64,000 nucleotides of DNA from Candidatus Rokuibacteriota bacterium (lineage in GTDB: Bacteria > Methylomirabilota > Methylomirabilia > Rokubacteriales > CSP1-6): the NCBI GenBank assembly GCA_003220435.1, contig QHSL01000070.1, positions 5,511 to 69,510 on the forward strand, written 5' to 3'. Positions 45,490-54,970 of the stretch are shown in pieces (position 1 is the first letter of the stretch; the number at the start of each line of letters is the position of its first letter). Position numbers and translations under genes: made by a program. Under the pieces are notes generated by a model, which was not told the DNA's origin, made no database searches, and was given only the letters and a program-made list of their open reading frames with translations.

Positions 45490-46847
45490 ACAAGCCAAAG
45501 TTGCTGGTCGTCGACGACGACGAAGCCATCCGCACGCAGCTGAAGTACGCGCTGCGAGACGATTTCACGCTGCTCTTCGCCGAGGACCGCGGCGAGGCCA
45601 TGACGGCGGTCAAGGGCGAGCGCCCGCCCATCGTCAGCCTGGATCTCGGGCTGCCGCCGCGACCCGAGAGCGCCGAGGAGGGGCTCCACGCGCTGGACGA
45701 GATCATGAAGCTGGCGCCCGACACCAAGGTGGTCGTCCTCACCGGCAACGGCGACCGCGACAACGCGCTCCGCGCGGTCCGGCTCGGCGCGTTCGACTAC
45801 CACCAGAAGCCCATCCAGCTGACGGATCTGAAGGTCGTCCTCCAGCGGGCGGCGTATCTCCAGACGCTCGAGGCCGATGCCGAGCAGCAGCAGCGTGCCA
45901 CCGAGACCACCACCCGCTTCGAGGACATCCTGGGCAATACGCCCGCCATGCGGGAGATCTTCGGGGTGGTGGCCCGGGTCGCGCGGACCGATGTGACGGT
46001 GCTCGTCCAGGGCGAGAGCGGCACCGGCAAGGAGCTCCTCGCGCGCGCGATCCACGCGAACAGCCCGCGGCGCAAGGGGCCGTTCGTGGCGATCAACTGC
46101 GGGGCGATCCCGGAAACCCTGCTGGAGTCCGAGCTGTTTGGCCATGAAAAAGGCGCCTACACCGGCGCTCACATCCAGCGGAAGGGGAAGCTGGAGCTGG
46201 CCGAGGGCGGCGCCCTGTTCCTCGACGAGATCGGCGAGATGAGTGTGCCGCTCCAGGTGAAGCTTCTCCGGTTCCTGCAGGAGCGGGAGATCGAGCGCGT
46301 GGGCGGCCGCGAGGTACTCCGGGTAGACGCGCGCGTCATCGCCGCCACCAACAAGGATCTGAAATCCGAGCTGCAGGCCGGACGCTTCCGCGAGGACCTC
46401 TATTACCGGCTCTCGGTCGTGAATCTGAAATTGCCGCCCCTGCGCGAGCGAGGCGAGGACGTCGTGCTCATCGCCAACGCCTTCCTGAGAAAGAGCTGCA
46501 AACAGCACCGGCGCAAGCTCCGGTTCGCGAGCGCGGCGCTGGAGGCGATCGCCCGCTACGCCTGGCCGGGGAACATCCGCGAGCTCGAGAACGCGGTCGA
46601 GCGGGCCGTCATCATGGCCCGCACCAAGCTCATCGAGGCGCGCGATCTCGGTATCGAGATCGCCGACGGCGTCGATCTCGCGTCGCTCCGGCAGGCCCGT
46701 GACCGGGCCGAGCGCGAAGCGCTCATCGAGGCGCTCGTGAAGACTCGGGGGAACATCAGCCAGGCCGCGAAGCTCCTGGGGGTGAGCCGGCCGACCTTCC
46801 ACGGGCTGATCGCCAAGTGCGAAGTGAACGCGCGAGACTTTCGTTGA
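45486..46847 (+). CDS. prsR: PEP-CTERM-box response regulator transcription factor (PrsR-like): REC + sigma-54 activator + HTH.
   Basis: ATG 45486 (GGAGAGGGAA Shine-Dalgarno). [11 protein letters not shown]...LDLGLPP receiver, then [14 protein letters not shown], and C-terminal [21 protein letters not shown]. Confidence 0.9.
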   Translation: MNKPKLLVVDDDEAIRTQLKYALRDDFTLLFAEDRGEAMTAVKGERPPIVSLDLGLPPRPESAEEGLHALDEIMKLAPDTKVVVLTGNGDRDNALRAVRLGAFDYHQKPIQLTDLKVVLQRAAYLQTLEADAEQQQRATETTTRFEDILGNTPAMREIFGVVARVARTDVTVLVQGESGTGKELLARAIHANSPRRKGPFVAINCGAIPETLLESELFGHEKGAYTGAHIQRKGKLELAEGGALFLDEIGEMSVPLQVKLLRFLQEREIERVGGREVLRVDARVIAATNKDLKSELQAGRFREDLYYRLSVVNLKLPPLRERGEDVVLIANAFLRKSCKQHRRKLRFASAALEAIARYAWPGNIRELENAVERAVIMARTKLIEARDLGIEIADGVDLASLRQARDRAEREALIEALVKTRGNISQAAKLLGVSRPTFHGLIAKCEVNARDFR

Positions 46848-46890
46848 GCGGCGCGCGCGACGCCTCGGGGGATCGGCCACGATCTCGCTC

Positions 46891-47769
46891 GTGATCTGTA
46901 CCCGCAACCGGGTCCACCGGCTCCGGTCGTGTCTCCGCTACCTGAGGGGAGCGCAGGTCCCGCGGGGCGGCTGGGAGCTCGTGCTGGTAGACAACGGCTC
47001 GACCGACGCCACACCGGCGGTCATCGAAGAATTCCGCCGATCGGCGCTGTGCGAGGTGATCGTCGTGAGCCAGCCGATCGAAGGCCTCGCCCGCAGCCGC
47101 AACGCGGGACTGCGGCGCGCGCGAGGGGACATCATCGCCTTCACCGACGACGACTGCTACATCGACCCAGGCTTCCTCGTGCAGATCGAGACGGTCTTCG
47201 CGTCGCGGAAGATCGACTTCCTTGGCGGTCGCATCCTGCTCTACGACCCAGCCGACGATGCGATCACGACCCAGACGCGGCCACACGCGGTCGTCCTGGA
47301 GCCTGGCAGCTTCGTCACTCCCGGCTTCATCCACGGCGCGAACATGGCGGTCCGACGCGACGTGGTCGTCGCGATCGGCGGATTCGATCCCGGGTTGGGC
47401 GCGGGCACCGCCCTGTACGCGGCGGAGGACACCGAGTTCCTGGCGCGGGCCAGCGCCTACGGTTGGCGGGGCGCCTATGATCCCGGGCCCGTCGTCTACC
47501 ATCACCACGGCCGGAAACCGGGGCGCGATGTGTGGCGGCTTATGAAAAGATACGACTACGGCCGCGGCGCATACTACGCGAGCTGCCTCCTGATGCCGAC
47601 TGTACGCGTGTCGTGCCTGCGTCACATCTATCGGGAGCTCAAAGCGAGCCTCCGGCGGACCGATTTCGGATCGATCGCCCGCGAGCTCAGCGGCATGATC
47701 CAATTTCTGTTCTACCGGGCGACGCACGTCGACTCGGTGCCCTCCCTGCGTGAGAAGCCGGCGAGATAG
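46891..47769 (+). CDS. Glycosyltransferase family 2.
   Basis: ISLVICTRNRV...LVLVDNGSTD...IAFTDDDC has the DxD motif. GTG start as given in the ORF track. Confidence 0.72.
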   Translation: MICTRNRVHRLRSCLRYLRGAQVPRGGWELVLVDNGSTDATPAVIEEFRRSALCEVIVVSQPIEGLARSRNAGLRRARGDIIAFTDDDCYIDPGFLVQIETVFASRKIDFLGGRILLYDPADDAITTQTRPHAVVLEPGSFVTPGFIHGANMAVRRDVVVAIGGFDPGLGAGTALYAAEDTEFLARASAYGWRGAYDPGPVVYHHHGRKPGRDVWRLMKRYDYGRGAYYASCLLMPTVRVSCLRHIYRELKASLRRTDFGSIARELSGMIQFLFYRATHVDSVPSLREKPAR

Positions 47770-48787
47770 ACCCTTGCCTCGGGTCAGCGTCGTCGTCACC
47801 ACCCACAACCAGCGCGCCTACGTGGCCGCCGCGATCGAGTCGGCGCTGGGCCAGACCTTCGCCGATCGCGAGGTGGTCGTCGTCGACGACGGCTCGACCG
47901 ACGGCACCGACGCGATCGTCGCGTCGCTCGGCGATCGTGTCCGGCTCATCCGGCAGGAGAACCAGGGCGTCGCCGGGTCGCGCAACACCGGGGTGCTCAA
48001 CGCGGGCGGCGAGCTGGTGGCGTTCCTGGACGGCGACGACCTCTGGGAGCCGAACAAGCTCGCGGTCCAGGTGGAGGCGGCCGAGCGCTATCCGCAGGCT
48101 GGTCTGGTCGCGGTCGACGGCGTGCTCTTCGACGACGCCGGAGCGATCCTGGGGCCGACGCTGTTCGCCGATCGGATCCGCGAAATGCTCGGCCCGGACG
48201 TCGCGCTCGTTCCCCACCGCCGGTGCTACGGACAGCTCCTCCACGAAAACGCCATCTCGACCATGTCGCAGGTGATGGTGCGGCGAAAGGTGCTGGACGA
48301 GGTGGGCCCGTCGGATCGCCGCTTCAGCCTGTCGAGCGACTGCGACCTGTATCTGCGGATCGCCGCGTGGCACGACTTCGCGTTCGTCCCCCGTCGGCTC
48401 GTGCGATGGCGCTATCACGCGCGGAGCGCCTCCGGCCCGATCCATCGCCGCCGGCTGGCGTGGGCGACCGACGACATCGCGATCTTGAAGAAGCAGCTGG
48501 ACCAGGCGCCGGCCGATCTGGTCGGCGAGGTCCGCCGCGCGCTGCGGGACCGGGTCGGCCGGGCGGCGCGAGACGCCTACGCGTACGGCCGAACGCACGA
48601 ACGAGCGTTCGCGGCGCGCTATCTCCTCGATCTCGCCCGCCGCGACTGGACCCGTCACGGCGCGGTGGTCACCCGCCTGCTGGCGCTCGGCGTTCCAGAA
48701 GCGCTGGCCGCGCGGCTCGGGTCCGTCTCCCGCGCCGTGGCCGGCTACAAACAACGCGCGCAGATGCGGTATCATGCCCGCCAGTAA
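47750..48787 (+). CDS. Glycosyltransferase family 2; the likely true start is TTG 47774, just after the upstream TAG.
   Basis: RVSVVVTTHNQRAYVAAAIESALGQTF...VVVDDGSTDGT...AFLDGDDLW are the canonical GT2 motifs. Confidence 0.75.
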   Translation: MRSRRDRPLPRVSVVVTTHNQRAYVAAAIESALGQTFADREVVVVDDGSTDGTDAIVASLGDRVRLIRQENQGVAGSRNTGVLNAGGELVAFLDGDDLWEPNKLAVQVEAAERYPQAGLVAVDGVLFDDAGAILGPTLFADRIREMLGPDVALVPHRRCYGQLLHENAISTMSQVMVRRKVLDEVGPSDRRFSLSSDCDLYLRIAAWHDFAFVPRRLVRWRYHARSASGPIHRRRLAWATDDIAILKKQLDQAPADLVGEVRRALRDRVGRAARDAYAYGRTHERAFAARYLLDLARRDWTRHGAVVTRLLALGVPEALAARLGSVSRAVAGYKQRAQMRYHARQ

Positions 48788-48809
48788 CCCGATCCAGGGA
48801 GGATCTGCC

Positions 48810-49796
48810 GTGAAAACTGTCGTCTGTGCTTGCGTTGTGGCGTTCGTGGTGCTGCTCGTCGGCGTGGGCGCTGACTGCGCCGCCCAGGACATGGGGTTGA
48901 TCACCGGCAGCGACAAGGGCACCTACTACCAGTTCGGCCTCGATCTGCAGAAGCTGGTGAAGTCCCAGGGTATCAATCTCAGCGTGCACACGTCCAAGGG
49001 GTCGGTCGAGAACATCTTCGCGGTGTACCAGCGGCCGGGCGTGCAGATGGGCATCGTGCAGTCCGACGTGCTCGCGTTCGTCGCGCGCTTGCAGTCGGAT
49101 CCGGTGCTGACCAGGATCGCCAAAAAGACGAAGATGGTGTTCCCGCTCTACAACGAGGAGATCCACTTGCTCGGCCGCAAGGGCATCACCGACTTCGACG
49201 ACCTTGCCGGGCGGAAAGTGGCGGTCGGCCGCGAGGGCAGCGGCACGTACCTGACCGCGCGACTGCTCTTCAAGCTGTCGGAGGTGGCGCCGGCGGAGAT
49301 GCTCTTCATCGACACCACCGAGGCGCTCGGCGAGCTCAAGGCCGGACGGATCGACGCGATGTTCTACGTGGCCGGCTACCCGGTGAAGCTGCTCAAGGAC
49401 GACGTCACCGACAAGGATCAGCTCGTGCTGGTGCCGATCACCAACAAGAGCATCCTCGAGTTCTATCCGCAGGCCGAGGTTCCGGCGGGCGTCTATGCCT
49501 GGCAGCCGACGCCGGTCGTCACGGCGGCGGTGAAAGCCGTGCTGGTCTCGTTCGACTTCCGCCGGAAGGACTGCGACAACGTGGGCCGCTTCTCGCAAAT
49601 CTTGTCAACGCACCTCGACGGGCTACAGAAGGGCGGACACCCGAAGTGGAAGGTCGTCGACCTCAACTACCCGCTTCGTGGATGGGAGCAGTACGACTGC
49701 GTCCGGAAGCACCTCGGCAAGGCGTCCGCCCCGGCCGCGCCGAGGCCTGGTCAGAACCCGGTGCTCGACGCGATCAAGGGCGTCCTCGACCAGTAG
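48810..49796 (+). CDS. TAXI-family TRAP-type solute-binding protein; no cognate TRAP permease is adjacent.
   Basis: GTG 48810 with GGGAGG 7 nt upstream. Signal peptide, then LITGSDKGTYYQFGLDLQKLV...VAVGREGSGTYLTA, characteristic of TAXI/Imp-like receptors. Confidence 0.68.
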   Translation: MKTVVCACVVAFVVLLVGVGADCAAQDMGLITGSDKGTYYQFGLDLQKLVKSQGINLSVHTSKGSVENIFAVYQRPGVQMGIVQSDVLAFVARLQSDPVLTRIAKKTKMVFPLYNEEIHLLGRKGITDFDDLAGRKVAVGREGSGTYLTARLLFKLSEVAPAEMLFIDTTEALGELKAGRIDAMFYVAGYPVKLLKDDVTDKDQLVLVPITNKSILEFYPQAEVPAGVYAWQPTPVVTAAVKAVLVSFDFRRKDCDNVGRFSQILSTHLDGLQKGGHPKWKVVDLNYPLRGWEQYDCVRKHLGKASAPAAPRPGQNPVLDAIKGVLDQ

Positions 49797-49810
49797 TCGA
49801 GGGGTCACCG

Positions 49811-50515
49811 TTGGCGGAGGTCGAAGGGACCCGCGGTCGAACGCGATGGCTGATCGTCGTCATCGCGATCGTCGCGGTCGTGGTCCTCGGACGCAGCCAG
49901 GTCGGCTCGCGGCTCCTCTCGTTCGACCGAAGTCAGGATGAGCCGCAGGCCGGTCAGCTCGAGGGACGGATCTGGCGGATCGACGGGAACACCCGCACAA
50001 TTCAAATCACCGCACGCGCATTCGGCATCGGCGCGACCTCGGTCGCGGTCACCGACGACACGCTCGTGATCGTCGGGAGCAAGGAGGGCGGATTCGGCGA
50101 TCTGCGTGAGGGTCTCCGGGTGCGCGCGGCCTGGGAGAAACGCAAGGACGTGCGTCAGGCGCGCTTCGTCCAGGTGCTCGACCGCGCGACACCCGAGGGC
50201 GCGCCGGCCAGCGCTCCGGCGTCGAGCCGTCCCGACCGACCGGCCACGCCGGCCACCAACGCCGAGCCGGCGCGCGTCCCGACCCGGGTGCCGCCGGCGG
50301 CGGCACCCCCCACTCTCTCCGCTCCGCCGACGGAGCCGCGCCGAGCGGCGCCGAAGCCGACGGTCAAAGCCGCGCCGGAGCCGCCTCGCGCGACGCCGCA
50401 GCCCGCTCCGTCGCCGGCGACGCAGGCGACCCCTCCCCTCACGGCGCCGAGCCGCGAGCCCGACTCCAGTGACCCGGCCGCGGTCATCGACTGGCTGCTG
50501 AACCGGAAGGACTGA
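49811..50515 (+). CDS. Hypothetical membrane-anchored protein with a Pro/Ala-rich low-complexity C-terminal tail.
   Basis: TTG 49811 with GAGGGG 6 nt upstream. One N-terminal TM (WLIVVIAIVAVVVLG), a ~110-aa domain, then a PAxPA-rich tail. Start and reality of the gene are uncertain. Confidence 0.4.
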   Translation: MAEVEGTRGRTRWLIVVIAIVAVVVLGRSQVGSRLLSFDRSQDEPQAGQLEGRIWRIDGNTRTIQITARAFGIGATSVAVTDDTLVIVGSKEGGFGDLREGLRVRAAWEKRKDVRQARFVQVLDRATPEGAPASAPASSRPDRPATPATNAEPARVPTRVPPAAAPPTLSAPPTEPRRAAPKPTVKAAPEPPRATPQPAPSPATQATPPLTAPSREPDSSDPAAVIDWLLNRKD

Positions 50516-50518
50516 CGC

Positions 50519-51511
50519 TCAGACCCCGAGGAGTCGGAAGAGGGCCCAGGCGCCGGCGGCAACGATCGCCGAGGCCGGGATGGTCAGGATCCACGCCCAG
50601 AGGATGCGGCCCGCCACTCCCCAGCGGACGGCGGAGAAGCGCTGGATGGCGCCGACGCCCATGATCGAGCCGCTGATCGTCTGGGTCGTGCTGACGGGAA
50701 TGCCGCCGATCGCGGTGCCGAGCAGCGTGATGGCGCCGGCGGTCTCGGCGCAGAATCCGCCCACCGGACGCAGCTTGGTGATCCGCATCCCCATCGTCTT
50801 CACGATGCGCCAGCCGCCGGTCATCGTCCCCAGGGCGAGCGCGGCGTGCGCGGCCAGCACGACCCAGAACGGCACGTAGAACTCGGGCCCGAGGTGGCCT
50901 GTGGTGAAGAGCAGCACCGCGATGATCCCCATCGTCTTCTGCGCGTCGTTGGTGCCGTGACCCAGGCTGTACGCGGCCGCCGACAGGAGCTGGCCGCGCC
51001 GGAAGATCTTGTCCACGCGCCCGGGCGTCGCGTGCCGGAAGACGTTGAGGGTCAGGACCATCATCGCGAAGCCGACCACCAGCCCCACCAGCGGCGCCAG
51101 GATCATGAACGCGCCGATCTTGACGAGACCGCCCGCGATGAGCGAGCCGAAGCCCGCCTTGGCCACCGCCGCGCCCGCGAAGCCGCCGATAAGCGCGTGG
51201 GAGGAGCTGGTGGGAATCCCCCACGCCCACGTGATCAGGTCCCAGACGATCGCGCCGATGAGCCCGGCCAGGATCACCCACTGATCGACCACGTTCGTCT
51301 CGACGACCCCCTTGCCGACCGTCTTTGCCACGCCCACGCCGAAGCCGAACGCGGCCACGAAGTTGAAGAAGGCCGCCCACACGACCGCCTGGAGCGGCGT
51401 GAGGACCCGGGTCGAGACCACGGTGGCGATGGAGTTCGCGGCGTCGTGAAAGCCGTTGATGAAGTCGAAGACGAGCGCGATGAAGACGATGAAGACGACG
51501 GTCGTGAGCAA
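50519..51511 (-). CDS. pitA: Inorganic phosphate transporter, PiT family.
   Basis: FDFINGFHDAANSIATVVST and GHGTNDAQKTMGI are the duplicated PiT signature motifs. Confidence 0.9.
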   Translation of the reverse strand: MLTTVVFIVFIALVFDFINGFHDAANSIATVVSTRVLTPLQAVVWAAFFNFVAAFGFGVGVAKTVGKGVVETNVVDQWVILAGLIGAIVWDLITWAWGIPTSSSHALIGGFAGAAVAKAGFGSLIAGGLVKIGAFMILAPLVGLVVGFAMMVLTLNVFRHATPGRVDKIFRRGQLLSAAAYSLGHGTNDAQKTMGIIAVLLFTTGHLGPEFYVPFWVVLAAHAALALGTMTGGWRIVKTMGMRITKLRPVGGFCAETAGAITLLGTAIGGIPVSTTQTISGSIMGVGAIQRFSAVRWGVAGRILWAWILTIPASAIVAAGAWALFRLLGV

Positions 51512-51528
51512 TGCTCAGGCCGGGACGG

Positions 51529-52146
51529 TCAGGCCATCTTGAGGATGATCCCCTCGATCACGTTCGCGACGTCCTCGCAGCGGTCGGTGACGATCTCCAT
51601 CGTCTCGTAGATCTCTTTCCACTTGATGACCTCGATGGGGTCGCTCGACTCGTCGAACATCGCGGCCAGGCTGTCGCGCAGCAGGACGTCGGCGGTGTTC
51701 TCCAGGCGGTTCACTTCGACGGTGTGCTCGTGAAACGCCGGGTCCATCGTGCGCAGGCACTTGATGGTCCGATCCATCGCGTGCGTGGTCTGGACGATGA
51801 CCTCGGCCATCGCCCGGCACGCCGAGGTGGGCTCCTTGATGCGGTAGACGACCAGCCGCTCGGCGGCCGCTTCGATGTAATCGAGCACGTCGTCGAGGCG
51901 CGACGCCAGGTCGTGGATGTCCTCGCGGTCGATCGGCGTGATGAACGTCGTGTTGAGCTTCTTGATGATCTCGTGCGTCACGTGATCGCCCTGGTGCTCG
52001 ACTTCCTTGATCGCGTGGGCCTTGGCCCGCGCGTCGGCGAAGTTGTGGATCATCTCGTGGAGCAGGGCGCCGGCGTGGATGATGTGCTGGGACTGCTCCT
52101 CGAAGTAATCGAAGAACCGGACTTCCTTCGGAATCAGGTTGAACAT
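51529..52146 (-). CDS. DUF47 (PhoU-like) protein paired with PiT.
   Basis: 205-aa helical protein immediately upstream of pitA on the same strand, matching the usual DUF47-PiT gene pair. Confidence 0.85.
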   Translation of the reverse strand: MFNLIPKEVRFFDYFEEQSQHIIHAGALLHEMIHNFADARAKAHAIKEVEHQGDHVTHEIIKKLNTTFITPIDREDIHDLASRLDDVLDYIEAAAERLVVYRIKEPTSACRAMAEVIVQTTHAMDRTIKCLRTMDPAFHEHTVEVNRLENTADVLLRDSLAAMFDESSDPIEVIKWKEIYETMEIVTDRCEDVANVIEGIILKMA

Positions 52147-52188
52147 GAGGCTCCGGGGTCTCAGTGTAATGGAAACGTAACGATTCCG

Positions 52189-53049
52189 CTACGGCTTGCG
52201 CAGGGCGAGCGGCGGGAGCCCAAGGAGCGCCGCGCGCGCCGCCGCCCAGACCAGGTCGACGGTCTGCGCGAGCGCCGGCGCGCCGGCGGCCAGACAGCGG
52301 ACGAGGGCGCCGCCGCGCGCGAGATCGGCCACGCCGACCTGCGCGCCGGCGCACTCTGCCGCGCGACGCGCCACGTCGGCGGCGAACCGCTCCCCGTCGA
52401 ACTTACCGAGGACGGCGACGGAGGCCAAGTAGGCGTGGGACTCGGCGAGCCCCAGCCCGTCCCACTTCGGCTGGTCCGGAGCGCCCGGGGGACGCAGGAC
52501 GAACCGGTCGCGCAGGCGCCAGCCCCGCCGGTCGCGAACGGAGAGAGTGGTTTCTAAGAGAGAGAACCGCCACGCCTCGCCGCGCGCGATCCGGCCCGCG
52601 GAGAACGCGTCCACGAGGACGAGCCCCGCGGTCTCGTCCATCTCGACGTCGATCGCCTGCCGGAAGGCCGAGCCAGCGAACGGGATCGCCTGATCCGGCA
52701 CCCACTCGACGACCGCGTGGGGCCCGACACGGAGGCGCACGGTCTGCGTGGCGGGGTCCCCGTCGGTGCGGTAGACCCGGGTCGCCGAGGGGGTCGTGAG
52801 CACCGCGTGGGCGCCCGCGCCCGCGTCGACGTCGATCGAGAGCCGGTCGCCGCCGACCAGGCCGCCCGTCGGGTTCAGGATCGAGACGACCACCGCCGGG
52901 TCGTCGAGGGCCAGCGGCGCCAGGACTTGGAGAGGCAGCGTGTACCGGCACCGGGTGACGACCGTCGCTCCGCCTCGTCGCTCGACCGCGAGCCGCAGCG
53001 CGCCGTCGTGTCCGACCCGCGCGGCGTCGAGCGCGGCCGGGGCGGTCAC
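52189..53049 (-). CDS. ureD: Urease accessory protein UreD/UreH.
   Basis: GTG 53049 overlaps the ureG stop (GTGA). Last gene of the urease cluster. The sequence has the UreD-like pattern (LAPLALDDP...[14 protein letters not shown]). Confidence 0.78.
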   Translation of the reverse strand: MTAPAALDAARVGHDGALRLAVERRGGATVVTRCRYTLPLQVLAPLALDDPAVVVSILNPTGGLVGGDRLSIDVDAGAGAHAVLTTPSATRVYRTDGDPATQTVRLRVGPHAVVEWVPDQAIPFAGSAFRQAIDVEMDETAGLVLVDAFSAGRIARGEAWRFSLLETTLSVRDRRGWRLRDRFVLRPPGAPDQPKWDGLGLAESHAYLASVAVLGKFDGERFAADVARRAAECAGAQVGVADLARGGALVRCLAAGAPALAQTVDLVWAAARAALLGLPPLALRKP

Positions 53050-53672
53050 GCCTTCGCGGCGTCGAGCAGGAGCTCTTGCCGAATCCACGTGAGGATCGCC
53101 TCCACCCCCTCGCCCGTCCGGAGGTTCGTGAAGACGAACGGCCGCTCGCCGCGCATCCGGCGCGCGTCGCGCTCCATCACCGAGAGGTCCGCCCCCACGT
53201 GCGGCGCCAGATCGATCTTGTTGATCACGAGGAGGTCCGAGCGCGTGATGCCGGGCCCACCCTTGCGCGGGATCTTCTCGCCCTCGGCGACGTCGATCAC
53301 GTAGACGGCCGCGTCCACCAGCTCGGGGCTGAACGTCGCCGCGAGGTTGTCGCCGCCGCTCTCGATCAGCAGGAGCTCGAGCCCGGGAAACCTTTTCTGG
53401 AGGTCGTGGACCGCCTCGAGGTTCGCGGAGGCGTCTTCCCTGATCGCCGTGTGGGGGCAGCCGCCCGTCTCCACCCCGACGACCCGCTCCGCCGGCAGGG
53501 CACCGCGGCGGACGAGGAACTCCGCGTCCTCCTTGGTGTAGATGTCGTTGGTGATCACGGCCATGTCGACCTCGGCGCGCAGGCGCCGACAGAGCGTCTC
53601 GGCGAGCGCGGTCTTGCCCGAGCCGACGGGGCCGCCGATGCCGATCTTCAGCGGCCGCGGAATCGCGTTCAC
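53046..53672 (-). CDS. ureG: Urease accessory GTPase UreG.
   Basis: [18 protein letters not shown]-loop, ESGGDNL and the NKIDL motif. GTG 53672 overlaps the ureF stop; the ORF extends to 53744. Confidence 0.9.
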   Translation of the reverse strand: MNAIPRPLKIGIGGPVGSGKTALAETLCRRLRAEVDMAVITNDIYTKEDAEFLVRRGALPAERVVGVETGGCPHTAIREDASANLEAVHDLQKRFPGLELLLIESGGDNLAATFSPELVDAAVYVIDVAEGEKIPRKGGPGITRSDLLVINKIDLAPHVGADLSVMERDARRMRGERPFVFTNLRTGEGVEAILTWIRQELLLDAAKA

Positions 53673-54361
53673 GACTTGAAGAGCCTCGTCTCGAGCGTCG
53701 AGTGGCGGAGGGATGCGATCTCGAGCGCCGGATTGAAGCTCCACAGGTCGTCGACTGTCGCCCTCGCCGCGGCCGCGGCCAGCCGCTGGATGCGGGGCCG
53801 CGTCGCGGCCAGCACCCGTTGTCCCTCGAGCTGGCCGAGTGAGATCAGCCGCAGTCCGGCGCCGACCAGCAGGGCCGCAGTCGAGTACAGGTACGCGGCC
53901 GCGGCGCGCTCGGGCTCCACGCCGCCACGCCCGAGGGCCGCGCCGACGACCGCCGCGTGATGGCCGACGGCCAGCTCCTCGTCGACCGCGCGCCTGAGCT
54001 GCGCGAGGAACGGGTCGTCGCCCAATGCCGCCGCGATCCGGAGAGTCTGGCGGCCCATCTGCCGGCTCGCCGTCCTGAGCTCCGGCACGCTCTTCATCGC
54101 GTCGAGCCGCTCGTCGAGCGCGATCCAGCCGGCGGCGTCGCCGTAGAACGCCAGGCGCACCGCGACCGCGGCGGCGGCGGCATCGGCGGGGCCGGCCGAG
54201 CCCTCGAGGTGGGCCGCGATGAAAGCCTCGAGCCCCTCGCGATCACGCACGCGCCCGTCCTGGACGTAGGTCTCGAGGCCGAGCGAGTGGGCGAATCCGC
54301 CAGCTGGGAAGAGCCCGTCGGCGAATTGTAAAAGTGTCAGGAACGCGTGATCAGGGCTCAT
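53669..54361 (-). CDS. ureF: Urease accessory protein UreF.
   Basis: Trimmed to ATG 54361 ([30 protein letters not shown]). The upstream part of the ORF is an out-of-frame artefact. Confidence 0.8.
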   Translation of the reverse strand: MSPDHAFLTLLQFADGLFPAGGFAHSLGLETYVQDGRVRDREGLEAFIAAHLEGSAGPADAAAAAVAVRLAFYGDAAGWIALDERLDAMKSVPELRTASRQMGRQTLRIAAALGDDPFLAQLRRAVDEELAVGHHAAVVGAALGRGGVEPERAAAAYLYSTAALLVGAGLRLISLGQLEGQRVLAATRPRIQRLAAAAARATVDDLWSFNPALEIASLRHSTLETRLFKS

Positions 54362-54791
54362 GACGGTGCCCCACTCCCACCGGCACGAACACGGCCCGCT
54401 CGCGCGTGAACGGGGCGTCGGCCCGCGAGAGGAGCCGCTCCATCGCCGGATCGTCCGGCACCAGGAGCCGGTCGCCGTCCAGCGCGAAGGAGAAGTGCCG
54501 GTTGCCGACTTCGAACGCCAGGCGCAGCGCCTCCTCTCGCGAGCGCGGCGTGACCGCCAGCACCGGCTCCGGCGCGGCCTCGACCATGACGTACCAATTC
54601 GGGCCGACGTGCAGGATCTGACCCGGGACGAGCAAGCTTCCGGTCGGCAGCGCCAGCGCGAGCACGCGCCCACCGCTCGTGGTCACTCGCCTCCGCCCCC
54701 ACCGCCGCTCCGCCGCCGTCAGCACGAGCGTGTCCCGCTGGTGGCCCAACAGCTCGTCTTCGCGCACTCGCCCGTGGATCTGCGTCACCAC
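54351..54791 (-). CDS. ureE: Urease accessory protein UreE.
   Basis: The C-terminal 146 aa of ORF 54351-56168 match UreE (RDTLVLTAAERRWGRRRV, His-rich tail GVGHRHEP). GTG start near 54791 or 54788. Confidence 0.7.
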   Translation of the reverse strand: MVTQIHGRVREDELLGHQRDTLVLTAAERRWGRRRVTTSGGRVLALALPTGSLLVPGQILHVGPNWYVMVEAAPEPVLAVTPRSREEALRLAFEVGNRHFSFALDGDRLLVPDDPAMERLLSRADAPFTRERAVFVPVGVGHRHEP

Positions 54792-54970
54792 GACCGCAGC
54801 AGAACCACTGGCAGGAGCCCTAGAATCCTCGGAAGCTCCATCTCCGGCGGAAACGGATTGTCCGCCGGTGCGATCGAGCCCCCGGCTCGATCGATTCGCG
54901 GATGGGGGAGTATGGGGGGCCATCTCGGGGCCCCCCATGTCATTCAACCGGGCCATGTCGGGGGCCCCCA

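Noticed and set aside
49646-49810. Upstream part of ORF 49646-50515, overlapping the TAXI gene.
   Set aside because: It lies in a different frame over a well-supported gene. A TTG at 49811 with GAGGGG upstream gives a cleaner start immediately after the TAXI stop.
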